A DNA stretch of 63,958 nucleotides, filler included, from Deltaproteobacteria bacterium (GCA_030698575.1; 6 parts of 6 records of this genome joined end to end with filler, not necessarily neighbours in it); one strand, 5' to 3'; numbered from the whole stretch's first letter, positions 21,382-32,217 are shown. Notes: generated by a model from the sequence alone, not told the origin. Numbers and translations are program-made.

Positions 21382-21909
21382 ATGGATGCACCAGTAGAGG
21401 GGAACAGGGCGGCGGGGGACTCGGACGAGAAGCCCTCGCCGGCCGTGCAGCGCGTCCTCGAGAGATTTTCCGGCGACGTTCTGAGCCGGCACGCCTATCG
21501 CGGCGATGACACCCTCGTGATCAAGCGCGAGGCCGTCGTCGATGTCTGTCGATTCCTGAAGGCGGAGCCGGATCTCCGCTTCGACCTCTTTCTCGATCTC
21601 ACGGCCGTGGACTACCTCCCCGTCGAACCGCGCTTCGAAGTCGTCATCCATCTCTATTCGACACCCCATGGGCTTCGCATGCGCCTGAAGGTGCCGCTCG
21701 CAGGCGACGATCCGGAGATGGATACGCTCACATCCGTGTGGCGGGCGACCGACTGGTTCGAGCGTGAAGCCTGGGACATGTACGGGATCGTCTTCCGCGG
21801 CCACCCGAACCTGAAGCGGATCCTGCTTTACGAGGAGTTCGAGGGCCATCCGCTGCGCAAGGACTACCCCATCGACAAGCGTCAGCCCTTGATCGGGCCA
21901 AAGAACTGA
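21382..21909 (+). CDS. nuoC: NADH-quinone oxidoreductase subunit C
   Basis: DLTAVDY, EREAWDMYGI.F.GHP, GHPLRKDYP. Confidence 0.95.
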   Translation: MDAPVEGNRAAGDSDEKPSPAVQRVLERFSGDVLSRHAYRGDDTLVIKREAVVDVCRFLKAEPDLRFDLFLDLTAVDYLPVEPRFEVVIHLYSTPHGLRMRLKVPLAGDDPEMDTLTSVWRATDWFEREAWDMYGIVFRGHPNLKRILLYEEFEGHPLRKDYPIDKRQPLIGPKN

Positions 21910-21922
21910 GGCGGAAGCGCTG

Positions 21923-23113
21923 ATGGCCGAACCGGAAAATGAGCTTCACACAGATGAGATGATCCTGAACATTGGGCCGTCTCATCCCGCCACGCACGGA
22001 ACCGTTCGTGTACTCGCCACGCTCGACGGCGAGAACATCGTGAATGCGGATGTCGAGATTGGATACCTTCACCGGGCCTTCGAGAAGAGCTGCGAGCACG
22101 GCACCTGGCAACAGGCTTTCCCCTACACCGATCGGCTGAACTACAACTCCGCAATCATCAACAACGTCGCCTACGCCATGGGCGTCGAGAAGCTCCTCGG
22201 CATCGATGTTCCCGAGCGCTGCCGCTTCATCCGGACCATCGCCTCCGAGATCTCGCGCGTCGCCGATCATCTTACCTGCATCGGGCCCAGCGCCATGGAG
22301 GTCGGGGCCTTCTCGACCTTCCTTTACTTCGTGGAAGCCCGCGAACTCATGTGGGATCTGATCGAATCGCTCTGCGGCGCGCGGCTCACGAACAACTACG
22401 TGCGCATCGGCGGCGTCAAGGCTGATCTGCCCGCTGACTTCGCGGAGAAACTCAAGGCTCACTTCGTCAAGACCCGCCAGCTCATCGACGACGTCGACAA
22501 GCTCCTCACCCACAACCGCATCTTCATCGATCGCATGCGTGGCACCGGCGTGCTCTCCGCGGAAGACGCGATCGACTGGGGCTGGACCGGCCCCTGCCTG
22601 AGATCCACGGGCGTGCCGCTGGATCTGCGAAAGGACGAACCTTACCTGGTATACGACCAGGTGGACTTCGACGTCCCTGTGGGAGAGTACGGCGACAATT
22701 TCGATCGCTACCTCGTGCGGATGGAGGAGATGCACCAGTCGATGCGCATGGTCGAGCAGCTCCTGGAGAAGATCCCCGAAGGCCCGATCAACGTCGAGGA
22801 TACCCGGGTGCGCTGGCCGGCCAAGCAGCTCGTCTATTCGCGGATGGAGGAGCTGATCAATCACTTCAAGATCGTCTTCGAGGGCGTGCAGCCGCCGAAA
22901 GGCGAGGCCTACGCGGCGGTCGAGAGCCCGAACGGCGAGCTGGGCTTCTATCTGGTGAGCGACGGCTCAGGCAAGCCCGTGAAGGTGCGCTGCCGCCCGC
23001 CGGGCTTCGCGAACCTCCAGGCGCTGGGCCCCATCCTGAAGGGCGGCATGCTGTCCGATCTGGTTCCGAGCTTCGGGATGATCAACATGATCGGGGGGGA
23101 GTGCGACCGGTGA
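21923..23113 (+). CDS. nuoD: NADH-quinone oxidoreductase subunit D
   Basis: GPSHPATHG, IGYLHR.FEK, YTDRLNY, ESPNGELG, GECDR. Confidence 0.95.
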   Translation: MAEPENELHTDEMILNIGPSHPATHGTVRVLATLDGENIVNADVEIGYLHRAFEKSCEHGTWQQAFPYTDRLNYNSAIINNVAYAMGVEKLLGIDVPERCRFIRTIASEISRVADHLTCIGPSAMEVGAFSTFLYFVEARELMWDLIESLCGARLTNNYVRIGGVKADLPADFAEKLKAHFVKTRQLIDDVDKLLTHNRIFIDRMRGTGVLSAEDAIDWGWTGPCLRSTGVPLDLRKDEPYLVYDQVDFDVPVGEYGDNFDRYLVRMEEMHQSMRMVEQLLEKIPEGPINVEDTRVRWPAKQLVYSRMEELINHFKIVFEGVQPPKGEAYAAVESPNGELGFYLVSDGSGKPVKVRCRPPGFANLQALGPILKGGMLSDLVPSFGMINMIGGECDR

Positions 23114-23580
23114 GCCTGCTGAACGAAGCCGCGCGCAAGGAGATCCTGGAGTGCACCAAGCGCTATCCCGAGAAGCGGGCTGCGCTGCTTCCGGCGCTCC
23201 ACGTACTGCAGCGGGATCACGGCTGGATTCCCCAGGAAGGGATGAAAGAGGTGGCCGAGCTGCTCGGCCTCAAGCCGGCCGAGGTGCTGGAAGTCGTTAC
23301 GTTCTACACGATGTTCAATCAGAAGCAGGTCGGGCGGCACCATATCCAGGTCTGCCGGAACATCTCCTGCGCGTTGCGCGGGGCGCGGCGCATCACCCGT
23401 CACATCTCGGGCAAGCTGGGCATCCAGACCGGCGAGACGACCCCTGACGGACAGTTCACGCTGAGCGAGGTCGAGTGCCTCGGCTCCTGCGGCACGGCCC
23501 CCATGCTGATGCTGAACGACGATTACCACGAGAACCTGACCGAACCGCGCGTCGACGAGATCCTCGATGATCTCTCCTGA
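23110..23580 (+). CDS. nuoE: NADH-quinone oxidoreductase subunit E
   Basis: TFYTMF, CRNISC, ECLGSC 2Fe-2S ligands; GTGA overlap. Confidence 0.95.
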   Translation: MSLLNEAARKEILECTKRYPEKRAALLPALHVLQRDHGWIPQEGMKEVAELLGLKPAEVLEVVTFYTMFNQKQVGRHHIQVCRNISCALRGARRITRHISGKLGIQTGETTPDGQFTLSEVECLGSCGTAPMLMLNDDYHENLTEPRVDEILDDLS

Positions 23581-23601
23581 CGGCGCGGGCGGGCGGTGGC
23601 G

Positions 23602-24888
23602 ATGAGCGAAGCCTACCTCACCACACACTTCGGCGAGAAGGACTCGGCGAAGCTCGATTTCTACCTCTCCCACCGGGGGTACGAATCGGCGCGCCGCGCG
23701 ATCGGCTCGATGACCCCCTCCGAGGTCGTTCAGCTCGTCAAGGACAGCGGGCTGCGGGGCCGCGGCGGCGCCGGGTTCTCGACCGGCCTCAAGTGGAGCT
23801 TCATGCCCAAGCCCGGGCAGGACGACCGCCCGCGGTACATCGCCTGCAACGCGGATGAGTCGGAGCCGGGCACCTTCAAGGATCGCGCCATCATGGAGCG
23901 GGATCCGCACCAGCTCATCGAGGGACTCATCATCGCCGGATGGGCGATGCAGGCCAAGGCCGCCTACATCTATATCCGGGGCGAGTACGTCCATCCGGCC
24001 CGCGTGCTGGAGGCCGCCCTCCGGGAAGCCTACGACGGGGGCTATCTGGGACCGCGCGTGATGGGCACCGACTTCGCCTTCGACGTCTATCTGCACCGGG
24101 GGGCTGGCGCCTACATCTGCGGGGAAGAGACCGGGCTCATGGAGAGCCTGGAGGGGAAGAAGGGGCAGCCCCGGAAGAAGCCGCCCTTCCCGGCGAACTA
24201 CGGTCTGTGGGGAATGCCCACGACGGTGAACAACGTCGAGACCTTCTGCCACGTGGTGCACGTCGTCGATCGCGGGATCGACTGGTTCCGTGGCATCGGC
24301 ACCGAGAAGAGCACCGGGACAACGCTGTTCGGCGTTTCGGGGCACGTGGTGCGGCCGGGTTACTTCGAGTTACCCCTCGGCACAACGGCCAGGGAGATCA
24401 TCTTCGAGCACGCCGGCGGAATCGCGAACGGCCGGCAGCTGAAGGGCTTCATCCCGGGGGGCTCCTCGACCAAGCCGCTGCCCGCCTCGGCCGTGGACGT
24501 CAGGATGGATCATGATTCTCTCGCCGCAGCCGGAAGCGCGCTGGGGACCGCGGGGCTCATCGTCATGGACGACACCACCTGCATGGTGCGCGCCTCGAAG
24601 GTGATCGCGCACTTCTACCGCGACGAGTCCTGCGGGCAGTGCACGCAGTGCCGCGAGGGCACGGCCTGGCTCGACAAGCTCATCGGCCGCATCGAGGCCG
24701 GCGCCGGCCGCATGGAGGATCTGGATCTCCTGCTCGATGTGGCCAATTCGATCGAGGGCGTGACGATCTGCGCCCTCTCGGACGCCGCCGCCTGGCCCGT
24801 GCAGGGCGTTCTTAAACACTGGCGGGACGAGTTCGCGCGGCACGTGAAGGAAGGGAAGTGCCCCTTCCCGGAAAGCTTCGAAGTCTAG
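23602..24888 (+). CDS. nuoF: NADH-quinone oxidoreductase subunit F
   Basis: GLRGRGGAGF, NADESEPG, GAGAYICGEET, ESCGQCTQCREG. Confidence 0.96.
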   Translation: MSEAYLTTHFGEKDSAKLDFYLSHRGYESARRAIGSMTPSEVVQLVKDSGLRGRGGAGFSTGLKWSFMPKPGQDDRPRYIACNADESEPGTFKDRAIMERDPHQLIEGLIIAGWAMQAKAAYIYIRGEYVHPARVLEAALREAYDGGYLGPRVMGTDFAFDVYLHRGAGAYICGEETGLMESLEGKKGQPRKKPPFPANYGLWGMPTTVNNVETFCHVVHVVDRGIDWFRGIGTEKSTGTTLFGVSGHVVRPGYFELPLGTTAREIIFEHAGGIANGRQLKGFIPGGSSTKPLPASAVDVRMDHDSLAAAGSALGTAGLIVMDDTTCMVRASKVIAHFYRDESCGQCTQCREGTAWLDKLIGRIEAGAGRMEDLDLLLDVANSIEGVTICALSDAAAWPVQGVLKHWRDEFARHVKEGKCPFPESFEV

Positions 24889-24900
24889 CAAGGAAAGACG

Positions 24901-26484
24901 ATGCCCAAGTTCACGATCGACGGGAAAGAGATCGTCGTGGAGCCCGGCACCACGATACTCCAGGCCGCGAAGGCGCACGGCATCCGGATTCCCTACTTTT
25001 GCTGGCACCCCAAGCTGTCGATCGACGGCTCCTGCCGCATGTGCCAGGTGGAAGTCGAGAAGATGCCCAAGCTGCAGATTGCCTGTAACACGCCGGTGCT
25101 CGAAGGCATGGTGGTGAACACGCAAACTCCGAAGGTCGAGGACGCCCGGCGCGCGGTAATGGAGCTTCTTCTCATCAACCATCCCCTCGACTGCCCCATC
25201 TGCGACCAGGCCGGCGAGTGCAAGCTGCAGAACTACTGCTTCGACTACGGCATGCGTCACAGCCGTTATGTCGAACCGAAGCGCCTGCTCAGCAAGCGAG
25301 TGGATATCGGCCCTCGCGTTCTCCTCGACGAAGAGCGCTGCATTCTCTGCCGTCGATGCGTCAGGTTCTGCCGGGAGGTCAGCAAGACCGGTGAGCTAAC
25401 CGTGCACAACCGGGGTGATCACAGTGTCATTGCGACCTTCCCCGGGCAGAAACTGGACAACCGCTACTCGATCTGCACATGCGACATCTGCCCGGTCGGG
25501 GCGCTCACGGGCAAGGATTTCCGATTCAAGGTGCGGGTCTGGTTTCTGAAAGAAACTCCCTCCGTCTGCACAGGTTGCGCGAACGGCTGCAATATCAACG
25601 TCGCGGTTTACAAGGATCGGATCTATCGATACCTTCCCCGCCGGAACGACGCCGTGAACGACACCTGGATGTGTGACGACGGCCGCCTTTCCTACGGGCA
25701 CGTCCAGGCCGAGGATCGGATTCGCGCCGCGCGAATGATCGAGGCGCCCGGCCAGCCCGCCGCCGAGGTTCCGCTCGACATGGCGGTGGACGCGACCGCC
25801 GCGGCGCTCCGCCAGGCGCGCGACAATGACGGCGCCTCCGCCCTCGCGGCGGTGGCAAGCGCGCGGGCGACGAACGAGGATCTCTTTGTCTTCACGAAGT
25901 TCGTCCGGGGCGTCCTCGGCGTAGAGAGATCCGCGATGGTCGTTCCCGCCTGGGAGCCTGACGGGTTTCTCATTCAGGCCGAGAAGGCGCCGAACGCCGC
26001 GGGCGCGCGGGCTATGGGTGTGGGGGGAGAGGACGAGGCGCGGGCGATCCTCGATCGTTGCGAGCGGGGCGAGGTGAATGCGCTGATCGTGCTGGGCGCC
26101 GACCTTCTGCTTGCCGGCGAAAGAGAGAAGGTGCTCACCGCCCTCCGCAAGGTCCCAACCATCGTCTGCCTCGACACCCACGAAAGCGAACTGTCGCGGA
26201 TTGCTCACTTCGTTCTTCCCGCCTGCACCTTCGCCGAGAAGGATGGAACGATGACGAACGTGAAGGGGCGCGTGCAGCGCATCCGCCCGGCAATCCGGGC
26301 CCTGGGCGACGCGCTCCCGGAGTGGGAGATCCTCGGGCGCCTGGCGGCGCGCATGGGGCAGCCGCTCCCCTCCGGCGAGCCGCGCGAGATCCTGAAAGAG
26401 CTGGCGGGCGAGGTGCCGGCCTTCGCCCGCGTGACGCCGGAGAGCGTCGGCACGCAGGGTGTCACTCTGACCGTCGTAGCCTGA
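24901..26484 (+). CDS. nuoG: NADH-quinone oxidoreductase subunit G (short 527-aa form)
   Basis: CRMC, NHPLDCPICDQAGEC, CILCRRC, CPVGAL, CTGCANGC (N7). Confidence 0.92.
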   Translation: MPKFTIDGKEIVVEPGTTILQAAKAHGIRIPYFCWHPKLSIDGSCRMCQVEVEKMPKLQIACNTPVLEGMVVNTQTPKVEDARRAVMELLLINHPLDCPICDQAGECKLQNYCFDYGMRHSRYVEPKRLLSKRVDIGPRVLLDEERCILCRRCVRFCREVSKTGELTVHNRGDHSVIATFPGQKLDNRYSICTCDICPVGALTGKDFRFKVRVWFLKETPSVCTGCANGCNINVAVYKDRIYRYLPRRNDAVNDTWMCDDGRLSYGHVQAEDRIRAARMIEAPGQPAAEVPLDMAVDATAAALRQARDNDGASALAAVASARATNEDLFVFTKFVRGVLGVERSAMVVPAWEPDGFLIQAEKAPNAAGARAMGVGGEDEARAILDRCERGEVNALIVLGADLLLAGEREKVLTALRKVPTIVCLDTHESELSRIAHFVLPACTFAEKDGTMTNVKGRVQRIRPAIRALGDALPEWEILGRLAARMGQPLPSGEPREILKELAGEVPAFARVTPESVGTQGVTLTVVA

Positions 26485-26542
26485 ATATCGCAGCCTGATT
26501 GTCGTAGCCTGATTGTCGTAGCCTGATTGTCGTTTCCTGAAT
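26473..26542. repeat. 14-bp tandem repeat x5 (GTCGTAGCCTGATT consensus)
   Basis: units at 26473, 26487, 26501, 26515, 26529. Confidence 0.9.
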
Positions 26543-26590
26543 TGATGCGAATCCCCGAGGTGGGCGCATTACTTCCCGAATGAGAGCTTG

Positions 26591-27697
26591 ATGCCCGCGG
26601 AAGCAATTTTCATGGCCGGCAAGATCGGCTTCGTGTTCTTCCTCGTCCTGAACCTCGCGGGGGTTCTGGGCTGGGTCGAGCGCAAGCAAAGCGCGCTGAT
26701 GCAGGATCGCATCGGCGCTAACCGGGCGCCGATCTTCGGCATCACCGCCATCGGGCTTTTCCACCCGCTCGCGGACGCCATCAAGGCCTTCACGAAGGAA
26801 GACTTCATCCCCGCCCGGGCCCACAAGCTCTTCCACACGCTTGCCCCCTTCATCGCGCTGGTGCCGGCGCTCACCGCCTTCGCCGTGATCCCCTTCGGCG
26901 ATACGCTCACGATCGGCGGAGAGACCACCCAACTCGTGGTTGCGGATCTCGACGTTGGCGTCCTCTTCGTGTTCGCAATCATGTCCCTGGCGACTTTCGG
27001 CGTGGTGCTGGCGGGATGGTCCTCCTATAACAACTACTCGATGCTCGGCGGCCTTCGCGCCTCGGCACAGATGCTCTCCTACGAGATCGTCATGGGGCTC
27101 ACGCTGGTCGGCGTCTTCATGGTGTACGGGAGCCTGCAGCTCACCGAGATCGCGCGGGCCCAGGGGGAATACTTCGTGTTTGGCGGCGTGAACACCTGGA
27201 TTCCCAAGTGGGGCATCCTCACGCAGCCACTGGCCTTCTTCCTCTTTCTGACGGCGGCCGTCGCGGAGAGCAAGCGCCTCCCCTTCGACGTGGCCGAGGC
27301 CGAGAGCGAGCTGGTCGCGGGCTACTTCACCGAGTACAGCGGGATGAAGTTCCTGATGTTCTGGATGGCGGAGTTCGTCGAGATCGTCGTCATCTCGGCG
27401 CTCGTGGCCACCCTCTTCCTGGGCGGCTGGCAAATTCCATGGTTGCACCCGGACGGCCTGCACGTCCCCTTCACCGCGATTGTGGTGGGGCTTCCCTCGC
27501 TGGTCGTCTCGATGATGGGTGTAGGCGCGTTCCTGATGAAGGTGTTCGTCCTGATCTGGCTCCAGATGACAATCCGGTGGACCCTGCCGAGGTTCCGTTA
27601 CGACCAGATCATGCGCCTCGGCTGGAAGATGATTCTGCCGCTGGCGCTCGTGAACGTGGTGCTGACGGGCTTCGTCGTGCTTCTTCTGAACCGCTAG
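26591..27697 (+). CDS. nuoH: NADH-quinone oxidoreductase subunit H
   Basis: ERK..A.MQDR.G, ADAIK...[23 protein letters not shown]. Confidence 0.95.
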   Translation: MPAEAIFMAGKIGFVFFLVLNLAGVLGWVERKQSALMQDRIGANRAPIFGITAIGLFHPLADAIKAFTKEDFIPARAHKLFHTLAPFIALVPALTAFAVIPFGDTLTIGGETTQLVVADLDVGVLFVFAIMSLATFGVVLAGWSSYNNYSMLGGLRASAQMLSYEIVMGLTLVGVFMVYGSLQLTEIARAQGEYFVFGGVNTWIPKWGILTQPLAFFLFLTAAVAESKRLPFDVAEAESELVAGYFTEYSGMKFLMFWMAEFVEIVVISALVATLFLGGWQIPWLHPDGLHVPFTAIVVGLPSLVVSMMGVGAFLMKVFVLIWLQMTIRWTLPRFRYDQIMRLGWKMILPLALVNVVLTGFVVLLLNR

Positions 27698-27741
27698 TGA
27701 ACTGGGGCCGGCGCCAGGCGGCGCGGCTCCCGGAGTGACGT

Positions 27742-28236
27742 GTGCAGCAGCTATTCTACGTGTTCGGCTCCCTCGCCGTGGCCTCGGGCCTGCTGATGGT
27801 GCTTCAGCGCAACCCGATCACGGCCGCGATGAACCTCGTCGTCACCATGTTCTCGCTGGCGGCGCTCTTCGTGCTGCTGAGCGCCCACTTCATCGCCGTC
27901 ATCCAGCTGCTGGTATACGCCGGCGCGATCATGGTGCTTTTCATCTTCGTGATCATGTTGCTGAACCTGCAGGACGACGAGCTGCGTCCCCGCGGCCGCA
28001 ACTTCATTCACCTGGTGAGCGTCGCGGTCGTGCTCTTCGCGATGGCGCAACTCTGGCAGCTCCTGAGCCGCACGCCGGCCATCCCCCTCGCGCCCGTGGA
28101 CGAGGCCTACGGAACCACCGGCGAGATGGGCATGCTCCTTTTCAGCGACTACCTGTTTCCCTTCGAGATCGTGAGCATTCTCATCCTGGCCGCGATCGTC
28201 GGGGCGGTAGTCCTCGCCAAGCGGAGGCTCGACTGA
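27742..28236 (+). CDS. nuoJ: NADH-quinone oxidoreductase subunit J
   Basis: [26 protein letters not shown]. Confidence 0.93.
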   Translation: MQQLFYVFGSLAVASGLLMVLQRNPITAAMNLVVTMFSLAALFVLLSAHFIAVIQLLVYAGAIMVLFIFVIMLLNLQDDELRPRGRNFIHLVSVAVVLFAMAQLWQLLSRTPAIPLAPVDEAYGTTGEMGMLLFSDYLFPFEIVSILILAAIVGAVVLAKRRLD

Positions 28237-28238
28237 CC

Positions 28239-28541
28239 ATGCCCCCGTTGAATCACTATTTGGCGCTGAGCGGCGTCCTCTTCTTCATCGGGGTGGCGGG
28301 GGTGCTCACACGCCGGAACGCGATCATCGTCTTCATGTGCATCGAGTTGATGCTAAACGCCGTCAATCTGACGTTCCTGGCCTACGCCCGATTCCTCGGG
28401 TCGATGACCGGGCACGTCTTCGCCTTTTTCGTGATCACCGTGGCCGCCGCGGAAGCCGCCGTCGGCCTGGCCATCATCGTCGCCATCTTCCGCAACAAGG
28501 AGACGGTGAACATCGACGAACTGAACCTCATGCGTTGGTGA
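28239..28541 (+). CDS. nuoK: NADH-quinone oxidoreductase subunit K
   Basis: [20 protein letters not shown]. Confidence 0.95.
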   Translation: MPPLNHYLALSGVLFFIGVAGVLTRRNAIIVFMCIELMLNAVNLTFLAYARFLGSMTGHVFAFFVITVAAAEAAVGLAIIVAIFRNKETVNIDELNLMRW

Positions 28542-28587
28542 GGCAGGCGCTCGATCGCCCGCGCGGTCCCGGCGGGCCGGGATAAGC

Positions 28588-30630
28588 ATGGAACAGGGAA
28601 CCTCGCTCGACATCATCCGCTGGATCATCGCCGCGCCGCTTGCCGGCGCAGCTCTAAACGGGCTGCTCGGACGGCGGTGGAACAGGCGCGGCGAGAGGCT
28701 CATCGCGCTCGTCGGGTGCGGATCCGTCGCGATCTCCTTCGCGCTGTCACTCGCAGTGGTTGGGCGGCTGCTCGCCCTTCCCCCCGAGGCGCGGCTGCTC
28801 GTGGATCACCTCTACACCTGGATCGAGGCGGGTGCCTTCCGCGCCGAGGTGGCTTTCACACTCGATCCGCTTTCCGCGGTAATGCTCCTCGTGGTGACCG
28901 GGGTCGGGCTGCTGATCCACATCTATTCCGCCGGCTACATGCGCGGCGACGGCGGCTTCTGGCGCTACTTCAGCTACCTGAACCTCTTCATGTTCTCGAT
29001 GCTGGTGCTGGTGCTCGGGGACAACCTCCTGCTCCTCTTCGTCGGGTGGGAAGGCGTGGGGCTCTGCTCCTACCTCCTGATCGGGTTCTGGTTCGAGGAC
29101 CCGGAAAAGGCGAGCGCGGGGAAGAAAGCCTTCGTGGTCAACCGGGTGGGCGATTTCGGATTCCTGCTCGGCATCCTTCTTCTCTTCTGGTCGCTGTCGG
29201 CCGCGGGACATCCCACGGTGAGCTTCGCCGGCATCGCCGAGCATGTCGGCCTTCTGGCGGACAGCGCGGTGAGCTTCACGCTTCCCATTCTGGGCCCCCA
29301 GACCTGGGGGGTCTGCACGCTCATCGGACTCCTGCTTTTCGTCGGCGCCGCAGGGAAGTCGGCCCAGATCCCGCTCTATGTCTGGCTCCCCGACGCGATG
29401 GCCGGCCCCACACCGGTCTCGGCGCTCATCCACGCCGCCACGATGGTTACGGCAGGCGTTTACATGATCGCGCGGATGCACTTCCTCTATGATCTCGCGC
29501 CCGGCGCCCTCGACGTCATCGCCGCCATCGGCGCGGCCACGGCCATCTTCGCGGCGAGCATGGGCATCGCGCAGACCGACATCAAGAAGGTGCTGGCCTA
29601 CTCGACCGTGAGCCAGCTCGGGTACATGTTCCTCGCCTGCGGTGTGGGCGCCTACACGGCCGCGATCTTCCATCTCATGACGCACGCATTCTTCAAGGGG
29701 CTGCTGTTCCTGGGTTCGGGATCGGTCATCCACGGCATGGGGGGCGAGCAGGACATCCGGCGGATGGGCGGGCTGGCGAAGCTCATGCCAATCACCACCT
29801 GGACGTTCCTCATTGCGACGCTTGCGATCAGCGGCATTCCGCCCTTCGCCGGTTTTTTCTCGAAGGACGAGATCCTCCACTTCGCTTATCAGCAGAGCGG
29901 CGCGCTCTGGGCCGTCGGCGCCACGGCGGCGTTCATGACCGCTTTCTACATGTTCCGCCTTTTCTTCCTGACCTTCACCGGGAGCTGCCGCGCCGACGCC
30001 AAAACGAAAGCGCACGTGCACGAATCCCCCGCCGTCATGTGGGTTCCACTGGCGATCCTCGCCGCGCTTTCGTTTCTCGGGGGGATGATCGGCTGGCCTC
30101 GCGCACTGGGCGGCGCGGTGGTCGGCGGCAACCACTTCCACCATTTTCTCGAGCCGGTTTTTGGCGGGCAGTCCGGCGGACACGCCGGCGCGTACACGGC
30201 AGGTGCCGAAGCGGCCTCGCACGGGCCTTCCGAGATCGCCCTGGCGGCCGTCTCGGTGGGGATCGCGCTGGCGGGGATTGCGCTGGCCTGGCTCATCTAC
30301 AGCAAGGCCCGCGGCGTGCTCCCGATGGTGCTCGCCATGAAATCGCGGCTATTCGCCGACGTCATGAGGATCGTCTCGGACAAGTATTACGTCGACGAGC
30401 TGTACGAACTGGTCATCGTGCGGCCAATCCGCGTGTTCTCGGACGTCGTCCTGTTCCGTTTCGTGGACGTGCGGGTAATCGATGGGTTGCTGGTGAACGG
30501 CCCCGCCGAGACGGTAGCCCTCCTGGCCCGCGGCGTGATTAGCAGGCTCCAGACAGGCGTGGCCCAAAGCTACGCGCTCGCGATGACGATCGGCGTGGTG
30601 GCGCTCATCGCCTACATCGCCCTCAGCTAG
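28588..30630 (+). CDS. nuoL: NADH-quinone oxidoreductase subunit L
   Basis: GWEGVGLCSY, NRVGD, KSAQ.PL..WLPDAMAGPTPVSALIHAATM. Confidence 0.96.
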   Translation: MEQGTSLDIIRWIIAAPLAGAALNGLLGRRWNRRGERLIALVGCGSVAISFALSLAVVGRLLALPPEARLLVDHLYTWIEAGAFRAEVAFTLDPLSAVMLLVVTGVGLLIHIYSAGYMRGDGGFWRYFSYLNLFMFSMLVLVLGDNLLLLFVGWEGVGLCSYLLIGFWFEDPEKASAGKKAFVVNRVGDFGFLLGILLLFWSLSAAGHPTVSFAGIAEHVGLLADSAVSFTLPILGPQTWGVCTLIGLLLFVGAAGKSAQIPLYVWLPDAMAGPTPVSALIHAATMVTAGVYMIARMHFLYDLAPGALDVIAAIGAATAIFAASMGIAQTDIKKVLAYSTVSQLGYMFLACGVGAYTAAIFHLMTHAFFKGLLFLGSGSVIHGMGGEQDIRRMGGLAKLMPITTWTFLIATLAISGIPPFAGFFSKDEILHFAYQQSGALWAVGATAAFMTAFYMFRLFFLTFTGSCRADAKTKAHVHESPAVMWVPLAILAALSFLGGMIGWPRALGGAVVGGNHFHHFLEPVFGGQSGGHAGAYTAGAEAASHGPSEIALAAVSVGIALAGIALAWLIYSKARGVLPMVLAMKSRLFADVMRIVSDKYYVDELYELVIVRPIRVFSDVVLFRFVDVRVIDGLLVNGPAETVALLARGVISRLQTGVAQSYALAMTIGVVALIAYIALS

Positions 30631-30642
30631 GGACCGAATGCG

Positions 30643-32217
30643 ATGCCGATGGAGAACCTGACAACCTGGATCACCTTCCTGCCACTGCTCGGGGCGGCGG
30701 TGGTCGTGCTGATCCCGGGGAGATCGGAGAACGCCCTGCGCCTCACCGCGCTGGCCTTCGCCACAGCGACCTTCGTCCTGTCGGCGCGGCTCTGGGCGGG
30801 TTTCGACGGGGGGGACGGCGGTTTCCAGTTCCTGGATGAAGCGCGATGGATCCCCCAGTACGGCATCGCTTACAGCGTCGGGGTGGACGGGATCAGCCTC
30901 TTCCTCGTGATTCTCACCACCTTCATGGTGCCGGTGACGCTGCTTGCCGCGTGGCGCGACATCACCATGCACGTGAGGGCCTTCCTGGCCGCCATGCTCG
31001 CCCTCGAGACCGGCATGCTGGGCGCGTTCGTCTCCCTCAATGTGTTTCTCTTCTACATATTTTGGGAAGCGATGCTGGTGCCCATGTACCTCATCATCGG
31101 GGTCTGGGGCGGGCCGAGACGCATCTACGCCGCGGTGAAGTTCTTCCTCTACACGCTGATCGGCAGCCTTCTGATGTTGCTGGCGATTATCTACCTCTAC
31201 ATTCTTCACCACGAGCAGTTCGGCGCCTGGACGTTTGACCTGCTGCGGCTCTACGAAGTGCAGGTGCCGCTGGGGGAGGGCTGGCTGGGGCCCCAGACGC
31301 TGCTCTTCCTGGCTTTTGGCCTCGCATTCGCCGTGAAGGTGCCGGTCTGGCCTTTCCACACCTGGCTGCCGGACGCACACGTCGAGGCGCCCACGGCGGG
31401 CTCGGTGATCCTGGCGGCAATCCTTCTGAAGATGGGCACCTACGGTTTCCTCAGGTTCTCGCTGCCGCTATTCCCCGACGCCACCGTGCAGCTCGTTCCC
31501 TGGGTGTTCTGCCTCGCGATCATCGGCATCATCTACGGAGCGCTCGTCGCGATGGTGCAGGCCGACGTGAAGAAGCTCGTCGCCTACTCCTCCGTGAGTC
31601 ACCTCGGCTTCGTAATGCTGGGAATGTTCGCGCTGAATCTGCAGGGCGTGCAGGGAGGGCTCCTGCAGATGGTGAACCACGGCCTCTCTACGGGGGCGCT
31701 CTTCATCCTGGTGGGGATGATCTACGAGCGGCGCCACACGCGCATGATCGCTGACTTCGGCGGGCTCTCGAAATCGCTCCCGATCCTTGCGGCTTTCTTT
31801 CTCGTTGTCACGTTCTCCTCGATCGGCCTGCCGGGCCTGAACGGGTTCATAGGCGAGTTCCTCGTGCTGCTCGGTGTCTTCAAGGTTTCGCCCTGGTCGG
31901 CGGCCCTGGCTGCAACAGGCGTGATCCTCGCGGCGGTCTACATGCTCTGGATGGTGCAGCGGGTGTTTTTCGGCCCCTGCGATCGCGAGGAGAACAAGGG
32001 GCTCCAGGATCTCAGTCTGCGTGAGTTGGCGGTCCTCATCGCCGTCGTTCTCCCGATCGTCTGGATCGGCGTGCACCCCGGCACATTTACCTCGAAGACA
32101 GGGCCCGCCGTCGCACAGCTTCTCCAGCGCGTCGAATCGAAGAGCGCCGGAGGCTGGCGCGCCGACGGCGGCCAGCCGGATGAGGCGCGGCTGTCGAGCC
32201 GGGAGGCGGCCCGATGA
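30643..32217 (+). CDS. nuoM: NADH-quinone oxidoreductase subunit M
   Basis: FYIFWE, HTWLPDAHVEAPT, LLKMG, AYSSVSH. Confidence 0.96.
   Translation: MPMENLTTWITFLPLLGAAVVVLIPGRSENALRLTALAFATATFVLSARLWAGFDGGDGGFQFLDEARWIPQYGIAYSVGVDGISLFLVILTTFMVPVTLLAAWRDITMHVRAFLAAMLALETGMLGAFVSLNVFLFYIFWEAMLVPMYLIIGVWGGPRRIYAAVKFFLYTLIGSLLMLLAIIYLYILHHEQFGAWTFDLLRLYEVQVPLGEGWLGPQTLLFLAFGLAFAVKVPVWPFHTWLPDAHVEAPTAGSVILAAILLKMGTYGFLRFSLPLFPDATVQLVPWVFCLAIIGIIYGALVAMVQADVKKLVAYSSVSHLGFVMLGMFALNLQGVQGGLLQMVNHGLSTGALFILVGMIYERRHTRMIADFGGLSKSLPILAAFFLVVTFSSIGLPGLNGFIGEFLVLLGVFKVSPWSAALAATGVILAAVYMLWMVQRVFFGPCDREENKGLQDLSLRELAVLIAVVLPIVWIGVHPGTFTSKTGPAVAQLLQRVESKSAGGWRADGGQPDEARLSSREAAR

Noticed and set aside
26473-26542. 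14-bp repeats as a mini-CRISPR
   Set aside because: Units are contiguous with no spacers and are too short.
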